Shown here piece by piece: positions 39,221 to 50,428 of a stretch of DNA of 64,000 bases; the first letter of the stretch is position 1; every line of letters begins with the position of its first letter. Source of the DNA: Octopus vulgaris (Eukaryota); the NCBI GenBank assembly GCA_951406725.2, contig OX597822.1, positions 111,972,001 through 112,036,000 of the forward strand, written 5' to 3'. The notes under the pieces were generated by a model. The model was not told the origin of the DNA and did no database searches. It saw only the letters and a list, made by a program, of their open reading frames with translations. A program made the position numbers and the translations under genes.

Positions 39221-40819
39221 CTAAAAAAGTAAAGATTTATAAAGTTTGGAATTAAAGACTACATTTTGTCATTTTCAATAGATATTTAACCCTTTCGTTA
39301 CTGTATTTATTTTGTGATGCTCTGTGTTTCTTTCAATTACTTTAAATATAACAAATAATTTAGTAAAATAACTTCGTTATCATTCAGCTAGTGTTAGGAA
39401 CATAAAGTGGGACTAAGGTTTGGTGGAAGATTTTAATTCAAAACTTATGAAAACATGACATTTGTACTACAGAGCCAGAGCCGATTTCAGCCGGGTTGGT
39501 AACAAAAGGGTTAACTCAAAATCTAATGACCTAATGCGTTTGCGCAGTTTTATATCCATTTTTCATGTGAGCATAACTGAAATATTTTTCATGAAACATA
39601 ACAGTAGGAAAACTTTTTATTTTACTCACCTCCTTTATATATATCTATAAGACAAATGGCAGAATTTATGTATAACATCTGTAGAAACACTGCCAAATCA
39701 GACTAGAGCCTGGTGCAGCCTCCATGGCTTCCAGACCCCGGTCAAACCGTCAAACCCATGCTAGCGTGGAAAACGGACGTTAAATGATGATGATGATCTT
39801 TATTTTTGAAAATGTCACAATGTTAAGGCACAGTAGAAGTTAGTGTTTAGGGTAGGCACTGTGTAAGTAGTTAGTCCACTTTGCAACTATGTGGTTTTGG
39901 GTTCAATCCCACATCACAACAGTTTGGACAAGTGTCTCCTGCAACAGACTCAGGTCAGCCAAAGCCTTTCAAATGGAATTTGAGAGACCGAAACCGTATG
40001 AAACCTGAATAGCAAAACCTTCCCTGTTGTTGGGAAACAGACTTCATTTGGCACCCAGTTCAGCAACAACACATGACCCACGGATGCATTTAGTAAAGTC
40101 CACTCTGTTGTAAGCATTAGGGTCAAGTGCCTGGTCTAAAGATAACTCTCTCTCCTTTTTGCTTCTACGAGTGTTGGAAGCCTGAATTAAGTCATCAGGA
40201 ATGCTCTTCCCCTTCTCACTAAGTAATAACATTTTTTTTCAAAAGCTTAATTTCCAGTGTCAATCTCTCGTTCATTCTGCTGCAGCTCAATGGGACATAT
40301 TGTCAAATTGAGAGATACTTAAAATAATTTCAGTTTCAGCAGCTACACTTTACTTCAGGGAGTGGCTGTGTGGTAAGTAGCTTGCTTACCAACCACATGG
40401 TTCCGGGTTCAGTCCCACTGCGTGGCACCTTGGGCAAATGTCTTCTACTATAGCCTCGGGTCGACCAATGCCTTGTGAGTGGATTTGGTAGACGGAAACT
40501 GAAAGAAGCCTGTCATATATATGTATATATATGTATGTGTGTGTGTTTGTGTGTCTGTGTTTGTCCCCCTAGCATTGCTTGACAACCGATGCTGGTGTGT
40601 TTGCGCCCCCGTAACTTAGCGGTTCAGTAAAAGAGACCGATAGAATAAGTACTGGGCTTACAAAGAATAAGTCCCGGGGTCGAGTTGCTCGATTAAAGGC
40701 GGTGCTCCAGCATGGCCACAGTCAAATGACTGAAACAAGTAAAAGAGTAACATGTTTAAACTAATTTCAGTTATGCTTGAATGAGTCTTACAAACTGAGA
40801 CTTAATTTAGTATAACATC

Positions 40820-41335
40820 TAGGCAATGACTAGTGACCGAGACCTTTGGAAGTATGCTGTGCGTGAGAAGACCCGGCAGGACAAGTGAGACCATAACCCG
40901 TGGCCTTTACCTGGGATGTAGCCAGTCCACTTATGCATACCTTTCCTTCTTGGGACACAAAACTCTGCTTGCGAAGACCTGTTGAGGCAAGTGAAATCGT
41001 AATTGATAAAAAAATCAATGGAAATTGTAGTTGTGATACCTGTGCCGGTGGCACGTAAAAGAACCATCCGAACGTGGCCATTGCCAGCGCCACCTCGACT
41101 GGCCTCCATGCTGGTGGCATGTAAAAAGCACTAACCGATCATGGCCGCTGCCAGCCTCCCCGTAAAAACCACCCACTACACTCACGGAGTGGTTGACGTT
41201 AGGAAGGGCATCCAGCTGTAGAAACACAGCCAGATTAGACTGGAGCCTGGTGCAGCCTCCTGGCTTCCCAGACACCAGTCGAACCGTCCAACCCATGCTA
41301 GCATGGAAAGCGGACGTTAAACGATGATGAGGATG
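40820..41335 (+). mobile_element. Family A copy that retains the LINE ORF end
   Basis: Starts with AMTSDRDLWKYAVREKTRQ, as at 46380-46440, then modules, core and tail. Confidence 0.85.
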
Positions 41336-42200
41336 GTGGTGGTGGTGGTGGTGGAGTGTCTTTGAAAGTAAAAACCTATGCCATGATAGCGCAAGACTTT
41401 CATTTTAAACCATTCCCCTTCGTTAACTTTTGGCTGTTGTTTTTTGTTCACTTGATTCTCTTTTACATGTCCTCTTGTAACTTTGGAATTGTCTCCCCTT
41501 GTACGAGACGATGCAAACTTTGATTCATTTTAACGAAATTTGATAAAAGTTGACAGATAATGTATCATAGGTAGAAATAAAGAAGCTTATGTCAAGTTGC
41601 TCCATCTCTTAGAAATGGCACTCATATCTTTCTCAAGTCACACTTAAATGATTTTTAAAAAATGAAAGGACACATTGGACGATGTAGTTCTAGATCTGCA
41701 AATGGTCATGGCTAGAACGTCATCGACCACGAGTTTTTCTCGATCAGAGCAAAATATTATGGTAAGTACATGTGACAAGAACATCGATAAACCTGGGTAA
41801 AAGATGCATTTACATAAGCACACGTCTGAGAAATGAATTTTTAAGACCGAAAAGGTTTATGTAACATGAAAAATACATGTATTTAAATTGGTTTCGGATT
41901 TTAGCACAAAGCCAGCAAGCTTGGGGGAGGGGTAAGTCGATGACATTGACACGGGTGGTTAACTGGTACTTATTTTATCGACCTTGAAAGGATGGTTTGC
42001 AAAGTCGACCTCGGCGAAATTTCAACTCATTACTTAAAGACGGACGAAATGACGCAAAGCATTTCGCCAGCTCGCCGCTTTCTTCATGTATATTTATATA
42101 GAAATTTCATTTTTCATTTATAGAACAAATTCGATTTTCTAAAGTGCACCGCCCAACCCCCCACCACACACCGATTGAGGTCGTGTAGATAACAGGTTAC

Positions 42201-42308
42201 CTTGTTGGTAATCTCTCGTCCACGTGTGCGTGTTGCAGGGCCGGCGATAGGAAAGTGTGGGGGCCCTCTACTCGACAAAAGCTGGAAATTGAGGTTTTTA
42301 GGTTTCAT
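42201..42308 (-). CDS. MMUT: Candidate first coding exon of MMUT (putative mitochondrial targeting peptide)
   Basis: ATG at 42308; MKPKNLNFQLLSSRGPPHFPIAGPATRTRGREITNK|gtaac; strong AAG|GTAA donor in phase 0 matching the next exon; basic, acid-poor peptide in a locally GC-rich unique segment; no homology support. Confidence 0.5.
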
Positions 42309-42786
42309 GTAGTATACCCGTCCCAGCCAAAAAGCGTTGAAGGCCCCACCTTTAGCCACAATGATAGACTAAAAACTGAAAGCCTCTATCATAGTTTCAA
42401 TGTTTAGACATTTGTACATTACTGCAAATGCTTTATACGCACTTTTGACAAGTTGTGGTGCACCTGAGCACTGTATACAATAATTTCATTATTATTATTA
42501 TTATCATAATTATTATTATAATTATTATTTACATACTGTTTATGAATAGGTCTTCTAAAAAAACAGACTTTTCTGACTTTTTATAGAAGTCTTTCAAAAT
42601 CATTTCAAAGTCAATGGTTTTTGTAATGTCATTGTCTGTATATAACATGGTTAATGTTTACATCTTGACCCGGAAATGAAAATCCCAAAAACAAAAAAAA
42701 TACATTAAGCGAAATGATTAATTGCACGGAGCCCAATATTTACATGCTAACCTTTATAGTTTTGTGTGCTTCGAGGTCCACTATTC

Positions 42787-42838
<52 letters not shown>

Positions 42839-43307
42839 CTTACATACATGGGTTAATATAGGGCGTAACAAATATCTGATATTTGTTACGCCCTATATTA
42901 ACCCATACATGTAGAGTAGATGAAACCTTTAGCGACTGAAGAAGGGGTTTTTTTTCCTTGTGTTATTTGTCCTGTACTCTATATTTTTTTACTGTTTTTT
43001 AAAAAAATGTCCAGTTCCTTTGGTTTGTGTCTATGTTTTCGTTTCTCATTGTGTTCGATGTCCTTTTGGTGTCCTGTACTCATATATGCGTGTATATGTA
43101 CATGTAGAGGTAGGTACGTACATATATGTTTATATATATGCATATGTTTTATTTTATTTATTAATATATACATACATACATCTATATATACGAGGATTTA
43201 CTTAATCTGCGCATTAGTCGCATCAGGTGAAAGAAGTTTTTCCACAACTTAACCTGACCAAAACACCTTCGATCGACAATTTTACAGGTGAGAGTAAATA
43301 AGTTGGT

Positions 43308-43505
43308 GATATATATATATACATACATCTATATATATATATATACATACATACATACATCTATACACACACACACACACACCTATATATATACATACAT
43401 ACATCTATACACACACACACCTATATATATATATATACATACATCTATATACATACACACACACACACATATATGTGTGTGTGTGTGTGTGTATGTATAT
43501 AGATG

Positions 43506-43556
<51 letters not shown>

Positions 43557-43595
43557 ATGTATATAGATGTATGTATGTATATATATAGATGTATG

Positions 43596-43656
<61 letters not shown>

Positions 43657-43657
43657 A
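43308..43657. repeat. Compound (TA)/(CA)/(TG) microsatellite with inverted symmetry centred near 43471
   Basis: catctatatacatacac...at|at...gtgtatgtatatagatg. Confidence 0.85.
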
Positions 43658-44036
43658 TACTGGATCTTTGCATCAAAATACAATACCTCTTTGGCAGCAA
43701 TCCAGCCGTGGCTCTGTAATGTCGACCGAAATCTCAGCATATTGCCAAACTGTGCTTCGGAATGTGTCAAACTGGGACTTCAAACAATTACGGGTCTGTC
43801 AAACAATTCGAGGAACAAAAGAGACGGAGATCAATCCAAGCCAACCCACATCTTGCTGTCGGTTTTTTGTACTTTATGGAAACGACCTGGGAGCTAGCAA
43901 CATTAGTTTCGTAGACAGTCGAGCAAGGAGTTTGGATATTAGTTTTGGCGATGTACTTTTAATTCATTTCAGAATTCCAAGTTGTATTTTTTATATACAT
44001 ATTTATTTTGCATACATTTCCTAATATATATATTCC

Positions 44037-44345
44037 TATTCTATTGTGTCTGGGGAGACTCATTTTCTTTTTGTGCCTTATTATGTAACACCACTCACAG
44101 GTAAAAATTTCCACGTTTTTCTTATTTTTATTGTCCTAAAATTTTCGTTGCGTTTTGCAACCTTTTCAATAGTTTTGACTCTCTTTTAGGACAATAAAAA
44201 TATGAAAAACGTGGAAATTTTACCGGTGAGTGTGTTATATTATAAGGCACAAAAAGAAAATTACTCTCCCCAGACAGAATAGAAAATGCTTCAACACACG
44301 AACTCATATAAAGAATCTTGCAAACCAAATCCAAAAACGAAATAT
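44037..44345. mobile_element. Palindromic Penelope-like remnant (related copy 12398-12645)
   Basis: Inverted arms of about 105 bp; minus-strand ttgaaaa-g-gttgc-aaaac-gcaac-gaaa degenerate hammerhead; shares ggacaat and tttgcaagattc motifs with 19770-20148. Confidence 0.55.
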
Positions 44346-44399
44346 ATTCCTATTGTAATTCCTCGTCCACTCCATTCATTTTACAATTACACACCTATC

Positions 44400-44773
44400 A
44401 CAATGGAAGCACTCCGTCGGTTACGACGATGAGGGTTCCGGTTGATCCGAATCAACGGAACAGCCTGCTCGTGAAATTAACGTGTAAGTGGCTGAGCACT
44501 CCACAGACACGTGCACCCTTAAAGTAGTTCTCGGGGATATTCAGCGTGACACAGAGAGTGACAAGGCCGGCCCCTTGAAATACAGGTACAACAGAAACAG
44601 GAAGCAAGAGTGAGAGAAAGTTGTGGTGAAAGAGTACAGCAGGGATCACCACCATCCCCTGCCGGAGCATCGTGGAGCTTTTAGGTGTTTTCGCTCAATA
44701 AACACTCACAACGCTCGGTCTGGGAATCGAAACCGCGAGTCCGCTGCCCTAACCACTGGGTCATTGCGCCTCC
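44400..44773 (-). mobile_element. tRNA-derived SINE family D (second copy 14415-14695 +)
   Basis: ggaggcgca-tggcc(c/t)agtggttag head, ggttcgaatc(c/t)c B-box, shared body gcgaaacacctaagctcca. Confidence 0.75.
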
Positions 44774-45019
44774 ACACATCTATTACAAAAGCACAAATAA
44801 ATATCTTTCAACTTATCTTTTTCTTTCAGCCTTTGGACTCCAGTCACGCTGGGGGCACCGCCTTGAAGGGTTTAGTCGAACGAATCGACCCTTTTCTTTT
44901 CTTTATCTTTTTTTTTTTTTTTTGCCAAACCGTTCAGTTACGGGGAGGTAAACAAACCAAAGCCGATTCCCAAACGGTGGTATATACTGAGCCGATGTAG
45001 ATCTATCGATTTTTTTAGT

Positions 45020-46795
45020 ATACAAAGGTAAAGGTGATGCATTAGATACACATAATTACAGAGGTATCAGGTTGTTGGATCAGGTAATGAAAGTCATGGA
45101 GAGGGCCATAGCCCAACTAATTAGGGAAATAGTCAGTCTAGACGAGATGCAGTTTGGGTTTGTGCCAAGGAAAAGCACCACTGATGCTTTATTTCTGGTA
45201 AGGCAGCTGCAGGAGAAATACCTAGTCAAAGATAAACCTTTGTACCCGGCTTTCGTTGACATGGAGAAAGCTTTTGACAAGGTCCTCCGATACCTTATCT
45301 GGTGGTCAATGTGGAAACTAGGGATAGATGAGTGGTTAATGAGAGCTGTACAAGCCATGTACAAGGATGCTGTCAGTACGGGGAGGTTGGCAACGAGTAC
45401 AGTGAAGAATTCCGAGTAGAGGTCCACCAAGAATCAGTCCTCAGCCCCCTCTTAATCATTATAGTCCTCCAGGCAATAACAGGAATTCAAGACAGGATGC
45501 CCCTAGGAACTTCTCTATGTTGATGACCTTGCTCTAATAGCTGAGTCACTATCTAAACTAGAGAAGTTTCAGGTGTGGAAGCAAGGTTCAGAATCGAAAG
45601 GCCTTAGAGTGAATCTAGCAAAAACCAAAGTCTTAATGAGTAGTAAGGCAGACAAACCACAAATCCCTTCAAGTAGATGGCCCTGCTCGATCTTAGAAAA
45701 GGCGTAGGTAGAAACTCCATAAGATATACTCGGTGTAAGCTATGGACACATAGGAGGTGCAGCAATATCAAAGGAAGGCTAACTGGGAAGATAGTTTGTG
45801 TGTGTGGCAAATGCTCAGGGGCAATAAACACTGAAAATGTGCAGAAAACAGCTTCCGTCACATTCCAAGAGGGGAATCTACAAGTAGTTGATAGCTTTCG
45901 TTACCGAGGTGACCAAGTCAGTGGCGGGGGGTGGATGCTCTGAAAGTGTAGCTGCTAGAATAAGAATAGCCTGGGCAAAGTTCAGAGAGCTCTTACCTCT
46001 GCTGGTGACTAAGGGCCTCTCGCTCAGAGTAAAAGGTAGACTGTTTGACGCATGTGTGCGAACGGCCATTGCTACCTGGCAGTGAAACATGAACCGTGAC
46101 TGCTGAGAACATGCGCAAGCTTGCAAGGAATGAAGTTAGTATGCTCCGCTAGATGTGTAATGTCAGTGAGTAAACACGACAGAGTGTAAGCGCCCTAAGA
46201 GAATAATTGGACATAAGAAGCATCAGATGTGGTGTGCAAGAGAGACGACTGTACTGGTATGGTCATGTGTTGTGCATGGATGAGGACAGCTGTGTGAAAA
46301 AGTGTCACACCCTAGCAGTAGAGGGAAGACCTTGGATGAGGTGGTGAAACATGACCTTCGTACGTTGGGTCTCATGGAGGCGATGACAAGTGACCGAGAC
46401 CTTTGGAGGTATGCTGTGCATGAGAAGACCCGGCAAGCCAAGTGAGACCGTAACCATGGCCTATGCCAGTGCAGCATAACTGACCCATTTAAGAGTACCC
46501 TTCAATCATTGGGCAATAAATTGCGCTTACGAAGACCTGTTGAGGCAAGTGAAGTCGTTGTAGTGGCCGATGACAGTACCGCCTGACTGGATCTCGTGTT
46601 GGTGGCACATAAAAGCACCCACTACACTCTCGGAGTGGTTGGCGTTAGGAAGAGCATCCAGCTGTAGAAACTTTGCCAGATTGGATTGAAGCCTGATACA
46701 GCCTCCTAGCTTGCCAGCACTCAGTCAAACCGTCGAACCCATGCCAGCATGGAAAGCAGATGTTAAACGACGATGATGATGATGATGATGATGAT
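45020..46795 (+). mobile_element. Decayed RTE-clade LINE (RT remnant plus long 3' UTR and (GAT)n tail)
   Basis: NYRGI, QFGFVPRKSTTDALF, DMEKAFD, LYVDDL and AWAKFREL motifs broken by frameshifts and stops; continues into repeat family A. Confidence 0.88.
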
Positions 46796-47076
46796 TCTTA
46801 TGCTATACCACGCTATAGACCCTCAACTCCTTGATGGAATCATGCAGAACTGCATGATTGCCTCACCCGCCTGCCTTGGACAGTGTCAATTCATTCTAAG
46901 ATGGGAAGGATGGCTTCCCTTTGCAAATACCGATGGGGCACAGAAAGTGTGTCGATAGCCAGCTGGAGGAGGTGTTCTCCTGGGGCTACACGCTGTAGTA
47001 ACATCTACCCTTAGTGGTTAGCCACATTTGAGTGGAAAATATACTTCACATGATCATATTTTTGTTTTATTGCAAA

Positions 47077-47449
47077 CTAGCAGTATCGCCCGGCGTTGCT
47101 CGGGTTTGTAAGGGAAATAACTATATAAGCATAATAGCCATCTCAATATGGCTAACCTCAAAGGAGGGGGTGTTACTGTAGCTTTTTACGTTCTGAGATT
47201 TAATAAATTTTTAGAGAGTTACTTCCCTTATATATGCCAAAAATGCATTAAAAATGGGAAAAATTGATGGTAAATTTTTTTTAATCGTAGACTCATCGTA
47301 GACGCGCGCTAATACCCAGAAGGGCTCGATATGAATCACGACTATAAGTTACCTGGTTTTGGTTAAACTGCACCGCAAAATGTGGGAGTAGTTAGGAATC
47401 TAAATCGTAGGAGACAGACAGCACATAACCTCACTTTTATATATAAAGA
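47077..47449 (-). mobile_element. Non-autonomous Helitron
   Basis: Same termini and hairpin. Confidence 0.85.
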
Positions 47450-47712
47450 TATATATCGTTTGATATTCACACATCATTGATATATCACCACTCCAAGCCG
47501 CCCAGAAGGTGGATTTTGTTGCATCTAACTTTCCATGCTTCATTTCTTCTCTGACATAAAGTCTAGCCTGAAACACTTGTTCATGCTTTTTTACAGAACA
47601 CTAAATCTAACGGGTTCGTGCTGTTTCAGACGATCACTAGAACACAAATTTTGGAAACTATCCTGCTTTTCATAATGCTATAGTTTCGTTGTGACCCCTT
47701 GTAACAGTAAAG

Positions 47713-48123
47713 GGATATTTTCGGTTTGAACGGCAGTTTTTTCTAGCGGTGTCATATGAAATTGTCACCCATAATTATGACCCTAGTATCGATCTATTGC
47801 ATTTCAATCTGTTTTAGGGTTAGGGGTGGGGGGAAGGGTATCTTTTTTTCTTCAGAAATGTAAATAAACCCAATCTGTTTCTTAAACGAGAGACATATTC
47901 ATACGGCATAGAATGTTTTCACCTCAATAGACGTCACTGATTGGTTGAAATTGCAGAAATTGAAGAAAAACAACAACAAATATCTTACAAACTATAGAAT
48001 TTTCTCAATAAAGCCCAGAGAAAAAGATGTTTTATAAACATATTCTACCAGTATACGAAGTTTAAAAGTGTTTAGTTACCTAGAAATTATTTGAAAAAGC
48101 TGCCGTTCAAACCGAAAAGATCC
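47713..48123. mobile_element. MITE with GG termini and 8-bp TSD (Merlin-like)
   Basis: About 30-bp TIR ggat(c/a)ttttcggtttgaacggcag; flanks cagtaaag / ccgtaaag. Confidence 0.8.
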
Positions 48124-49744
48124 CCGTAAAGTAGTATTCATTTGTCTCCCACGCTAATTAATCGATGGCAAATGTTTTAAATGCGTGTTAGTTTGCTTAT
48201 GTATTGCCATTTAAATATGTGGAGATTATGAGAAAACTTTGAGGCACAGGAGTGGCTGTGTGGTAAGTAGCATGGTTCCGGGTTCAGTTCCACTGTGTGG
48301 CATCTTGGGCAAGTGTCTTCTACTATAGCCTCGTGAGTGGATTTGGTAGACGGAAACTGAAAGAAGCCCGTCGTATATATGTATATATATATGTATGTGC
48401 GTGTGTGTCTGTGTTTGTCCCCCTAGCATTGCTTGGTGTGTTTACGTCCCCGTAACTTAGCGGTTCGGTAAAAGTGACCGATAGAATAAGTACTGGGCTT
48501 ACAAAGAATAAGTCCCGGGGTCGAGTTGCTCGACTAAAGGCGGTGCTCCAGCATGGCCGCAGTCAAATGACTGAAACAAGTAAAAGAGTAAGGGGGCGAA
48601 CTGGGAGTCGTTAGCACGTCGGGCAATTGCCCCTCTTCTCGTTCTGGGTCCAAATTCTGCCGAAGTTGACTTTACCTTTCATCCATTCAGGGGTTGATAA
48701 AACAATTACCAGATATAATCGACCTCGAGTCTAGGTCCTAGAACCCTTCGCTGAAATTGCTGGCCTTGTACCAAAATTCGAAACCATAATTTGAGAACAT
48801 TTTCAAAAGTGCAGTGCGAACTCGATTGTCTCCCTTTGACTATTAACCATTCATAATGTTTTTTTTCTCTCCTCGCCAGGGACTTGTTTGTGTGTTTTAC
48901 CTTATTAAATCTACTTCAACAACTTAGCGTTACTAAGACTTTTTGGTAGTTTCCTATTTGACGTTCGTATTTCGAATTCTTTCATCACTCATACATAGTA
49001 AACGCAGTTTTTTGTTCTCAAAATAATAAACGACATTAGATCAAATGAAGAATATTTCCTGGAATTGATTCCCCACCCAGACATCTCAAACTATATTTGC
49101 TAAAACATTACATTTCCGTGGTTAAGATTTTCAGTGTAATTTCTGAAAGGTGCGAAGACAAATCCCTGCCGGACCTACGTAAACTTTCTTTATAAATCGG
49201 TTCTTCTTTCCACCAACTTCATATAATACTTTATGTATTCATGACGTTATTTAACCCCGCGTGAAATCTAATAACTTAGACCTACGTTAAAAAGTATTCC
49301 AGTCGTGGCCACCCTGTCTTTTTCAGAGTATCTACGACTGCGATGTACAACGTCCTCCCTTTGATGAGTGACATAAAATTTCGGCTGTGAATTGGCTGCT
49401 ATTTCTAGTTCATTTTACGAACTGATGGTTAATAAATGATAGTTCTCATTCCTATTTCTATGTTGTAAGAATAAGTAGAACTTTATTTTGTTTCGTTGAA
49501 ACAAATTTGAAGTCGTGTCAAGAACCAATAACGAAGTCAATGTAGAGAGCTGTGAAAAGCTAGGAACAGAAATTAAAAAGTTGCTTTTTGATGGCGACAA
49601 AAGGAAAAGCTCTGGGACTTGATTCCTATATTTCTTATAAGATTTGCTGAAAACGTCTGCAGAACAGCTGTTCATTTTACGAACTGATGGTTAATAAATG
49701 ATAGTTCTCGTATTAAAATTGTGTTAATAAGCATAATTAGTGGA

Positions 49745-49925
49745 GGGATTGGAAATAATTTGGAGATAGCTAAATTTATTTATTAAAAATAGTTAGATCC
49801 GCGCACTTTGTTTTAATTATCAAAAACAATCAATGAGAAAGCAGCGTTTTGATTGGACAGAGAGAAATCTGATTATCCAATTGAAATGTGAAGACAGGTG
49901 CGCGCGAAACTGGAAAAATATAAAT
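49745..49925 (+). promoter_or_regulatory. H3 copy 1 promoter (CCAAT boxes, E2F-like site, TATA)
   Basis: ATTGG at 49748 and 49852, CCAAT at 49877, GCGCGAAA (reverse of TTTCGCGC) at 49902, TATAAA at 49919, about 60 nt before the ATG. Confidence 0.7.
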
Positions 49926-49932
49926 TCAGTAG

Positions 49933-50391
<459 letters not shown>

Positions 50392-50412
50392 ATTCTCTTG
50401 AATTTTACAAAC

Positions 50413-50428
50413 GGTCCTTTTAAGGGCC
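50413..50428 (+). terminator. Histone 3' stem-loop (SLBP-type) of H3 copy 1
   Basis: aaac-GGTCCT-TTTA-AGGGCC-aatca, 21 nt after the stop; 6-bp stem with one G-U pair, 4-nt U-rich loop, A-rich 5' flank. Confidence 0.9.

Noticed and set aside
43288-44024. [12 protein letters not shown]-rich ORFs up to 173 aa
   Set aside because: Translations of dinucleotide microsatellites
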